From Myxococcales bacterium (GTDB taxonomy: Bacteria; Myxococcota_A; Polyangia; Polyangiales; DASUME01), in assembly GCA_047601445.1 (NCBI GenBank), contig JASGJH010000001.1:7360001-7424000 (forward strand): 64,000 nt of DNA, in the 5' to 3' direction. The notes under the pieces are model-generated. The model worked only from the letters and a program-made list of their open reading frames with translations. It did not search any database and was not told where the DNA came from. Position numbers and translations under genes: made by a program. Shown piece after piece: positions 56,312-64,000 of this stretch; the stretch's first letter is position 1, and each line of letters starts with the position of its first letter.

Positions 56312-57387
56312 GCCAGCCTGGCGCGGAGCCGGTCGCAGTCTTGGGCCTGGACTGGGCTGCGTGGTCGCTGCACGAGGTTATCGCGGCGTTTTGGGGCGCA
56401 CCGTTTCGCTGGTGGGTGAGCGGCGGCCTCGCCCTGGAGCTTCATTCTGGGCACAGCTGGCGTTTGCACGGTGACACCGATGTCGGGATCTTGCGAAGCG
56501 ACGTAGCCCGCGCCGCGAGCTGGTTACCCGATCTCGAGTTCGTGGTGGCAGCGCAGGGAAAGCTTGCGAACTGGCGCGGTGAACCGCTGGTTGCGGGGCA
56601 GAACAATGTGTGGCTGCGCGCCCACGGTGAGCATCACTGGGCTTTGGACCTGACGCTCTCGGACGGCGCCGAACGGCAGTGGATCTACCGTCGCGACCCT
56701 GCGCTCACGCGTCCGTGGTCCGAGGCCGTGCTCCACACCAAGGAGGGCGTGCCGTATCTCGCGCCCGAGCTGCAGCTCTTGTTCAAGAGCAAGACGCCGC
56801 GTCCAAGGGACACACTCGACGCGAGCATGGTCATCCCGCTCCTGGATGAAGCGCAGCACACGTTCCTCGAGCGTCACCTTGCGCCATCCCATGCGTGGCG
56901 ACAGCTCCTGCGCGAGCACAGAGGCGCTCGAGTGGCGCGTGCGGTTCCTCGTCTGTCCATCGTGATGGATGGGTTACCGGACGGCTTCTCGGCGCTACAT
57001 CGCTGCGCAGAGAAGGAAGGCTTTGCGCACCTGAGCAGGCTAGCCGCGGCCTGGGAGAACGGGCCGTCTACGCCGAGTCCCGGGGAGGTGCTCATGGAGG
57101 TTCGCGCGCAGGAGCAGTTGGTCGCCATCGGTGCTCTCACGGCGGAGCCCGCCGAGAGCATGAAAGGGGCCCTCCGCGTGCGGCGGTTCTACGTGCACCC
57201 GCATTTTCGGCGCCGCGGCCTCGGCCGTCTTCTAGCGTCGGCGCTACTGGACCATGGCCGAGCCCATTCGCGCGCGTTCACGCTGCATGCACCACGCCCC
57301 TCGTCACGTGCATTCTGGGAGGCCATGGGCTTCGTGGTCGACGAGCGCGATGGCTTCAGTCACGTGCGCGTCGAGCCGGACCTCTGA
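56308..57387 (+). CDS. Nucleotidyltransferase (ANT(2'')/lincosamide-like) fused to a GNAT domain
   Basis: N-domain WWVSGGLALEL...R.HGDTDV and PYLAPELQLLFKSK..R.RD..D; C-domain VRRFYVHPHFRRRGLGRLL and FWEAMGF. Confidence 0.7.
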   Translation: MSQPGAEPVAVLGLDWAAWSLHEVIAAFWGAPFRWWVSGGLALELHSGHSWRLHGDTDVGILRSDVARAASWLPDLEFVVAAQGKLANWRGEPLVAGQNNVWLRAHGEHHWALDLTLSDGAERQWIYRRDPALTRPWSEAVLHTKEGVPYLAPELQLLFKSKTPRPRDTLDASMVIPLLDEAQHTFLERHLAPSHAWRQLLREHRGARVARAVPRLSIVMDGLPDGFSALHRCAEKEGFAHLSRLAAAWENGPSTPSPGEVLMEVRAQEQLVAIGALTAEPAESMKGALRVRRFYVHPHFRRRGLGRLLASALLDHGRAHSRAFTLHAPRPSSRAFWEAMGFVVDERDGFSHVRVEPDL

Positions 57388-57396
57388 CGGCGCGCG

Positions 57397-58752
57397 CTAC
57401 TCGCCCGCCGCGGATCGAGGCACGTCGCGGCGCACCAGGCCAGGTCGCACCAGACCCAAATGCTCGCGCAGCGTGGATCCCTCGTACTCGCGGCGCATCA
57501 ATCCGCGCCGTTGCAGCTCGGGCACGACCTTGTGCACGAAGCTCACGAAGCTGCCCTGGGCCAGAGGGGGCAACGGCGGGACCACGTTGAAGCCGTCCGC
57601 GCCGCGCTCCACGAACCACTGTTCGATGGTGTCGGCGATGGTCTTCGGAGAGCCATGGACCTGGAGGTGTCCGCGCGAGGTCGCAAAGCGATACACGAGC
57701 TGACGGATGGTGAGGTTCTCGCGGCGAGCGAGCGTGACGAGCTGCCTGAAGCGACCCTTTCCATTGGCCGACTCCGGCAAATCCGGAAGCGGCCCGTCGA
57801 GGTCGTAGCCCGTGAGGTCGGCGCCGCCGAGCTGAACACCCTTGGAGAAGTCGATCAACTCCTGGAGCTCGGCGAAGAGCTCCTTGGCCTCGGAGTCGGT
57901 CTCGCCCACCACCACGGAGAGACCTGGCGTGATCTTGAGCTGGTCCTGCGAGCGCCCGTACTTTGCCATGCGTCCTTTGACGTCGGCGTAGTAGGCCTGC
58001 GCGTCGGCGAGGGTCTGCGCCGAGCAGTAAGTCATCTCCGCCAGCCGCGCAGCGAACTCGCGTCCAGTCTCGGAATTGCCTGCCTGCACGAACACGGGGT
58101 GTCCCTGAATCGGACGCGCCATGTCGAGCAGACCTTCGGAACGGAAGTACTTGCCCGTGTGTTCGACGGGGTTGGCGGCCTGCACGTCGAAGAAGACACC
58201 GCTGGCGCGGTCCGGAGCGTGGAAGGCGTCGTCTTGCCATGAATCCCAGTAGTTCCTTGCCAGCTCCACGAACTCGCTGGCGCGTTGGTAGCGCTGTTCG
58301 TGTTCGAGCGGCTCCAGGCCGAAGTTGGCGCTGGGAGCCTCTCCCAGAGAAGACACGATGTTCCAACCCGCGCGGCCTCCGCTGATGTGGTCGAGCGAGC
58401 TGAACTGACGAGCGATGTTGTAGGGGTGGGAGAAGTTGGTGTTGACCGTGGCGATCAGGCCGATGCGCTGGGTGCTCACGGCGATGGCCGAGAGCAACGT
58501 CATCGGCTCGAACTGGTAGCTCGCTCCGCGCTTCGCGAGCGAAGGCAGGTCGCTCGCCGAGCGGCCGATGAAGTCTGCCAGGAAGAAGGAGTCGAACTTG
58601 GCCTGCTCCGCGAGCTGGGCCAATTTGATCCAGAGCGCGAGGTCGGGTTTGCCCGTCGCGCCCTCATTCCCATGGTGCCGCCAGGCCTCCGGGTGGTGGC
58701 CGAAGCGTTGGAAGAACACGTTCAGGATCAGCTTGCGCGAACTGGCACTCAT
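57397..58752 (-). CDS. LLM-class FMN-dependent monooxygenase (NtaA/DmoA/SnaA/DszA family)
   Basis: Motifs HPEAWR, AEQAKFD.FFLAD, LDHISGGRAGWNIVSS, PVFVQAG.S..GREFAA and VVPELQRRG...Y.G.TLREHLGL. Confidence 0.9.
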   Translation of the reverse strand: MSASSRKLILNVFFQRFGHHPEAWRHHGNEGATGKPDLALWIKLAQLAEQAKFDSFFLADFIGRSASDLPSLAKRGASYQFEPMTLLSAIAVSTQRIGLIATVNTNFSHPYNIARQFSSLDHISGGRAGWNIVSSLGEAPSANFGLEPLEHEQRYQRASEFVELARNYWDSWQDDAFHAPDRASGVFFDVQAANPVEHTGKYFRSEGLLDMARPIQGHPVFVQAGNSETGREFAARLAEMTYCSAQTLADAQAYYADVKGRMAKYGRSQDQLKITPGLSVVVGETDSEAKELFAELQELIDFSKGVQLGGADLTGYDLDGPLPDLPESANGKGRFRQLVTLARRENLTIRQLVYRFATSRGHLQVHGSPKTIADTIEQWFVERGADGFNVVPPLPPLAQGSFVSFVHKVVPELQRRGLMRREYEGSTLREHLGLVRPGLVRRDVPRSAAGE

Positions 58753-58785
58753 CGGTTCCCTCCCGCGCCGCCGGTTACGGGGCGA

Positions 58786-61700
58786 CTACGGCGAGTCCAT
58801 CATACGAGACGTAGTGTCCATTGCAAGGTCGACGTTCGTTGCGCCGCGCCGGCCGCGCCAGACTCCCCAGGCACTGCCGAGCCGATGGAGGACGAGATAG
58901 ACCACGGGCGTCGTGTACAGCGTGAGCACCTGACTCAAGAGGAGCCCACCGACGATGGAGATTCCGAGCGGTCTTCTCAACTCGGCGCCATCGCCCGCGC
59001 CGAGAGCGAGTGGGAGCGCTCCCAGCAAAGCCGCCAACGTCGTCATCAGGATGGGACGAAAGCGCTCGAGGCAAGCCCGACGGATCGACTCCGCGGCGGT
59101 GAGGTGCTCGGTGCGTTCGAGCTGGAGCGCGCAGTCGATCAACATGATGGCGTTCTTCTTGACGATGCCGACGAGCAAGATGAGCCCGATCAACGCGATC
59201 ACCGAGAAGCTCTCGTCCATGAGGCGCAGGGCGAGCAGCGCGCCTACGCCCGCCGAAGGCAGTGTGGAGAGAATGGTCAGCGGATGGAGCAGGCTCTCGT
59301 AGAGCATGCCCAACACCAGGTAGACCGCGACCAGGGCCGACAGAATGAGCCACGGTTGGTTGTCGAGGGACGAGAGGAACGCCTGCATGCTGCCAGCGAA
59401 CGTCCCCCATACGCTGCCTGTCGGACTGGCCTGCTCGAGGGTGGTTTCGATCATCCGCGCTGCGCGTTCGAGCGACACGCCCGGGGCCAAGTTGAAGGAG
59501 AGCGTGGCGGCCGCGAACTGGCCCTGGTGGTTTACCGCGAGCGGAGCGTGCTTTCGGCTCCAGTGGGCCAGGGAATGCAGGGGAACCGGCTGCTCGCCAC
59601 GCGCGGGGAGGTAAATGTTCTTGAGGGCTTCGGGGCCTCGCGCCAACTCGGGTTCGACGGCGAGCACGACGTAGTACTGGTTGAGCGGCTCGTAGATCGT
59701 GGATACGATGCGCTGGCCGAAGGCGTCATTCAGGGTCGCGTCGATGTCCCGCGCCGAGATGCCAAGCTCGGCTGCCCGATCGCGATCCAGCGAAACTTGC
59801 GTCGCTAGGCCGCGGTCCTGGAAGTCGCTCGTCACGTCGGTCAGCTCGGGCAGCTTGGCGAGTAGCCCGCGAAAGCGCGGTGCCAGCGCCTGGAGCGCCG
59901 GCAGGTCGCTCGAAAGGAGTGTGTACTGATACTGCGCCGCCCCCTGGCGTGCTCCGATGTTGACGTCCTGTTGAGCGCTGAGCAGCAGCGCCACTCCGGG
60001 CACCTTCGATAGGCGTGGTCGCAGTCGCTGCACGACCTCCTCCGCCGTGGCTGTGCGCTCGGCCCGGGGGCGCAGCTGTGCGAACATGGAGCCCGTGTTG
60101 AACTGGTTGCCAGCGGCGCCGCCGCCGTACTCGTAAAAGGTGTCCACGTCGGGATCGTTCCCGACGATACGCATCAGGGCGGCCACTTTTTGGCGCATGG
60201 CCGCAAAGCCGATGTTCTGGTCCGCGCGAAAGATGCCCTGGAGGCGGCCCGTGTCCTGCTGCGGAAAGAAGCTCTTGGGGATGGCTTGATAGAGGTGAAC
60301 GCTGAGCCACACGCTGCCCAGCAAGCACGTCAGCATCAGCCGCGGATGTCCGAGCGCCCAACCGAGCGTAAGCGCATAAACCCGCTCGGGAAGCGTGCTG
60401 ACCGCGTCGAGTACACGGTGGACCCAACTCGAGGAGCTCGCCGTCGACGGGGGCCTCAGCAGCTGGGCACACAGCATGGGAGTGACTACCAGGGAAACCA
60501 GCATGGAGAGCAGGACCGCGATGGACAAGGTCACCGCGAACTCGCGAAAGAGCCGACCGACCACGCCATCCATCAGCAAAAGCGGAATGAACACGGCGAC
60601 CAGGGAAACGCTCATGGCGACCACGGTGAAGCCCACGTTGCGCACGGCCCGCAGGGCGGCCGACCGGGCATCGAGCCCGCGTTCCATGTGGTGGACGGCG
60701 TTTTCCAGCACTACGATCGCATCGTCCACCACGAAGCCCGTGGAGATGATCAGCGCCATCAACGACAGGTTGTTGAGCGTGAACCCACACAGGTAAATGA
60801 TCGCGAGGGTGCCGAGCAGCGAAACGGGGATCGCGACGCTGGGAATGATGGTGGCCCGGGCGCTGCGCAAGAACAGGAACGCCACCAGCACTACGAGTCC
60901 AATCGAAAGCAGCAACGTTTCTTCGACCTCCCGCAGGGAGCGCCGGATGGTGGTGCTGCGGTCCACCACGACTTTGACTTCCACGTCGGCGGGCACCAGG
61001 GAGTCCGCCTCGCGAAGGAGGTCCTTCACCGCATCCACCGTCTGCACGATATTGGCGCCGGGCTGGTTGATCACGGCCAGGAGCACGGCGGGCTTGCCGC
61101 CGCTCGAGCCTGCGTTTCGCAACTCCTGCACCGAGTCACGGATCGTGGCGACGTCCGAAAGGCGCACCACCCCCGCCGGCGTCGAGCGCACGATCAGGTC
61201 GCGGTAGTCCTGGGCGCGCGCGAGCTTGCCCCGGACGTGTATCAGATAGCGCTCCTCCTTCGATTCGATGAAGCCCTTGGGGAGGTCCGCGGTGGCCGTG
61301 GAGAGGGCCGTCCGCAGCTGCTCCAGCGAGAGACCACGCTGGGTGAGCACCTGGGGGTTTACCTCGATGCGCACCGAACGGATCGAGCTGCCATTGACCT
61401 GGACCTGTCCCACGCCGGCAACCTGCGCGATGCGCTGGCCGAGGTTGGTGAATGCCACGTCATAGAGCTGGTCTTGGGTGCGGGTGGGGGAGGTGAGCGC
61501 GATGGCCAGCACCGGCCCCGAGGCCGAGTTGGCCTTGCGATAGATGGGAGGCGAGGGCAAGTTGGGCGGTAAGAGCGCGCTCGCGGCGCTGATCGCGGAC
61601 TGCACGTCGCGCGCCGCGCTGTCCACGTCGCGGGCGAGATCGAACTGCAAGCTGACGCGCGTGGAGCCCTGCGAGCTGGTCGAGGTCATCTCGGTGACTC

Positions 61701-61926
61701 CGGCGATGCGACCGAGCACGCGCTCGAGCGGCGTCGCGACGGTGGCCGCCATGGTCTCTGGACTCGCTCCAGGGAGTTGCGCCGACACGTTGATGACCGG
61801 CATGTCGACCTGAGGCAAGGAGGCAACCGGCAGCAGAAAGAAGGCCACCGCCCCCGGCAAGGTCAAGGCCAGCGCGAAGAGGCATGTGCCCACCGGTCGT
61901 CGGATGAACAGCTCGAACGCCTTCAC
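58786..61926 (-). CDS. mdtC: RND efflux permease, MdtC-like
   Basis: 1046 aa with motifs FIRRPV, LPQVD.P.I, GFVVDDAIVVLEN, GIVKKNAIM and RFRPILMTT. Confidence 0.88.
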   Translation of the reverse strand: MKAFELFIRRPVGTCLFALALTLPGAVAFFLLPVASLPQVDMPVINVSAQLPGASPETMAATVATPLERVLGRIAGVTEMTSTSSQGSTRVSLQFDLARDVDSAARDVQSAISAASALLPPNLPSPPIYRKANSASGPVLAIALTSPTRTQDQLYDVAFTNLGQRIAQVAGVGQVQVNGSSIRSVRIEVNPQVLTQRGLSLEQLRTALSTATADLPKGFIESKEERYLIHVRGKLARAQDYRDLIVRSTPAGVVRLSDVATIRDSVQELRNAGSSGGKPAVLLAVINQPGANIVQTVDAVKDLLREADSLVPADVEVKVVVDRSTTIRRSLREVEETLLLSIGLVVLVAFLFLRSARATIIPSVAIPVSLLGTLAIIYLCGFTLNNLSLMALIISTGFVVDDAIVVLENAVHHMERGLDARSAALRAVRNVGFTVVAMSVSLVAVFIPLLLMDGVVGRLFREFAVTLSIAVLLSMLVSLVVTPMLCAQLLRPPSTASSSSWVHRVLDAVSTLPERVYALTLGWALGHPRLMLTCLLGSVWLSVHLYQAIPKSFFPQQDTGRLQGIFRADQNIGFAAMRQKVAALMRIVGNDPDVDTFYEYGGGAAGNQFNTGSMFAQLRPRAERTATAEEVVQRLRPRLSKVPGVALLLSAQQDVNIGARQGAAQYQYTLLSSDLPALQALAPRFRGLLAKLPELTDVTSDFQDRGLATQVSLDRDRAAELGISARDIDATLNDAFGQRIVSTIYEPLNQYYVVLAVEPELARGPEALKNIYLPARGEQPVPLHSLAHWSRKHAPLAVNHQGQFAAATLSFNLAPGVSLERAARMIETTLEQASPTGSVWGTFAGSMQAFLSSLDNQPWLILSALVAVYLVLGMLYESLLHPLTILSTLPSAGVGALLALRLMDESFSVIALIGLILLVGIVKKNAIMLIDCALQLERTEHLTAAESIRRACLERFRPILMTTLAALLGALPLALGAGDGAELRRPLGISIVGGLLLSQVLTLYTTPVVYLVLHRLGSAWGVWRGRRGATNVDLAMDTTSRMMDSP

Positions 61927-64000
61927 GGACGCGCCTCGTCGGCCACCAAGGCGACTGGTGCCGCAGGCGCGTCGGTGCGGCGTCCGTGCAATCCGGCGAA
62001 GGCCAGGTACATCACGGGCGTGGTGAAGAGCGTGAGCACTTGGCTCAACATCAGGCCGCCGACCAGGGTGATGCCGAGTGGTTTGCGCAGCTCGGAGCCC
62101 GCGCCATCGCCCACGATCAGCGGAACCGCGCTCAGCAGGGCCGCCAGGGTGGTCATCAAGATGGGGCGGAACCGCAGCAGGCAGGCCTCGTAGATCGCTT
62201 GCGCGGGTTCCATTCCGCGCGTGCGCTCGGCTTCGAGCGCGAAGTCGATGATCATGATGGCGTTCTTCTGGACGATGCCGATCAAGAGCACGATGCCGAT
62301 GATGGCGATGACGCTCAGCTCATGTCCGCTCCAGCCGAGGGCGAGCAAGGCACCCACGCCGGCCGACGGCAAGGTGGAGAGAATGGTGAGCGGATGGACG
62401 AAGCTCTCATAGAGGATGCCGAGCACGATGTACATGGTGATGAGGGAGGCCAGCACCAGGAACAGCTCGTTTGATAGGGCCGAGCGGAAGGCCAGGGCAG
62501 CCCCGCGAAAGCGCGTCTGAACACCCGCGCCCAGGTCGAGGGCCGCGCGCTCGTTCTCGATGCGCTTCTCCGCTTCGCCCAGGGAGCTGCCAGCCGCGAC
62601 GTTGAAAGAGATGGTGGCGGCCGGCGCCTGCTTCTCACGATGCAGCACCAGGGCGGTGCTCTCCTGACGCACGTGGACCAGGCTCGAAAGCGGTACCGTT
62701 TGACCGTTCGCGGCCGTCACGTGAAGCTGGTCGAGTACCGCCAACCCGCTGGCCGAGCGCTGAGCTTCGAGCACCACCCGATACTGACTCGTCTGCGTGA
62801 ACACCGTGGAGACGAAGCGCTGTCCGAAGGCGCTGTACAGCAGATCATCGATGTTCGCCATGCTGATGCCCAGGCGGGCCGCCCTGTCGCGGTCGACCTC
62901 CAACGAAGCCGACAGGCCGCTGTGTCCAAACGTGGTCGACACGTCCTCGAGCTCGGGAAGCCGAGCCAGACGTTGTGCAAGTAGCGGCACGGCGCGTTCG
63001 AGCAGGTGCTCGTCCGAGCTCTCCACCAGATACTGGTACTCAGCCCGGGTCACGCGGTCTTCGACCGTGAGGTCCTGTACCGGCAGGAAATACGTCTTAA
63101 TCTCGGGGAGCTCGCGTAGCAGGTCTTTCCAACGGCGCGCGAGCTGGGCACTGCGCACGGAGCGCCCCTCACGACTCGGCTTCAGGGTAATCAATAGGCG
63201 ACCGCTGTTCAGCGTCGGATTCACGCCGTCGATTCCGAGCACGGACGTCACGCTTTGAACGGCCGGGTCGCTCGAGATGAAGCTGACGACCTGCGCCTGA
63301 AGCGCGGTCATCTTCGCGAAGGAGACCGTCGGTGGCGCTTCGGTAACGACTTGAATTACCCCGGTGTCCTGCGTCGGGAAGAACCCCTTGGGGATCCAAG
63401 CGACCAGCAGCACTGTCGCGGCCAATGTGGAAATGGCCGCCAAGAGCGCCACGTTTCGGTGCTTCAGAACCCAACTGAGTCCGTGTCCGTAGGCGCTCAC
63501 GATCTTGTCGAGCGCTCGCTCGACGCCAACCGCGTTCGGCAGGTGGGGGCGCAGCAGGCGCGCGCAGAGCATGGGCGTGAAGGTGAGCGAGACCACGGCG
63601 GAGATCACGATGGCGATCACCAACGTCACGGCAAACTCGCGGAACAGGCGCCCCACCACGTCAGCCATGAACAGCAGTGGGATCAACACGGCGCACAGGG
63701 AGCAGGTGAGTGAGACGATGGTGAAGCCGATCTCCTTGGAGCCGATCAGGGCGGCCTCGAAGGGACGCTCGCCGCGCTCCACGTGGCGGGCGACGTTCTC
63801 GATCATCACGATGGCGTCGTCGACCACGAAGCCGGTCCCGATAGTCAGGGCCATCAAGGTCAGGTTGTTGATGCTGAAACCCAGCAGGTGCATCACGCCG
63901 AAGGATCCGACCAGGGACAGCGGGACGGCCAAGCTCGGGATCAACGTGGCCGCGAAATTGCGCAAGAAGAGGAAGATCACCAGCACCACCAGGACGATGG
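61923..64000 (-). CDS. mdtB: RND efflux permease, MdtB-like (N-terminus beyond window)
   Basis: Motifs GFVVDDAIVMIEN, KGFFPTQDTG and LRFRPILMTT. Its stop overlaps the GTG start of the next RND gene. Confidence 0.85.
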   Translation of the reverse strand, partial: IVLVVLVIFLFLRNFAATLIPSLAVPLSLVGSFGVMHLLGFSINNLTLMALTIGTGFVVDDAIVMIENVARHVERGERPFEAALIGSKEIGFTIVSLTCSLCAVLIPLLFMADVVGRLFREFAVTLVIAIVISAVVSLTFTPMLCARLLRPHLPNAVGVERALDKIVSAYGHGLSWVLKHRNVALLAAISTLAATVLLVAWIPKGFFPTQDTGVIQVVTEAPPTVSFAKMTALQAQVVSFISSDPAVQSVTSVLGIDGVNPTLNSGRLLITLKPSREGRSVRSAQLARRWKDLLRELPEIKTYFLPVQDLTVEDRVTRAEYQYLVESSDEHLLERAVPLLAQRLARLPELEDVSTTFGHSGLSASLEVDRDRAARLGISMANIDDLLYSAFGQRFVSTVFTQTSQYRVVLEAQRSASGLAVLDQLHVTAANGQTVPLSSLVHVRQESTALVLHREKQAPAATISFNVAAGSSLGEAEKRIENERAALDLGAGVQTRFRGAALAFRSALSNELFLVLASLITMYIVLGILYESFVHPLTILSTLPSAGVGALLALGWSGHELSVIAIIGIVLLIGIVQKNAIMIIDFALEAERTRGMEPAQAIYEACLLRFRPILMTTLAALLSAVPLIVGDGAGSELRKPLGITLVGGLMLSQVLTLFTTPVMYLAFAGLHGRRTDAPAAPVALVADEARP

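Noticed and set aside
58285..61572. Long plus-strand ORFs (58285..59808, 60190..61572) and similar antisense ORFs elsewhere (e.g. 4614..5879, 11624..12646)
   Set aside because: They are antisense shadows of well-supported genes, which is common in high-GC DNA, and they carry no recognisable motifs.

Overview
This is a GC-rich bacterial window. Its gene content (many Cys-rich lipoproteins with Gly-Asp repeats, five ECF sigma factors, lipoprotein c-type cytochromes) suggests Myxococcota, probably Polyangia-like; that taxonomy is inference. I saw no rRNA, tRNA, CRISPR array, integrase or transposase. The main find is a compact candidate cytokinin (isopentenyladenine/zeatin-type) biosynthesis locus at about 14.6-19.5 kb. 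It has a LOG phosphoribohydrolase followed by an Ipt/Tzs-type adenylate isopentenyltransferase read in frame with a complete cytochrome P450. It is flanked by an OmpR-type regulator, three palindromic 17-bp boxes, a Dabb protein and a STAS/SEC14-like protein. Second, a lipoprotein at 41.7-43.6 kb is colinear with the non-sulfotransferase part of animal heparan-sulfate N-deacetylase/N-sulfotransferases (NDST). Third, there are three copies of a module made of a putative outer-membrane protein, an ECF sigma and a TM-TPR anti-sigma-like protein, beside lipoprotein cargo. Promoters for two copies can be read from the DNA, and one copy has a sigma/anti-sigma fusion. The window also holds an amino-sugar glycosylation cassette and an organosulfur-scavenging region with a shared GTCT-N8-AGAC box. 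Five genes are frameshifted. Three of these are repaired by the same GAATC->GATC edit, which points to systematic sequencing error rather than true pseudogenes. All family assignments come from motif recognition by eye; no database search was run.
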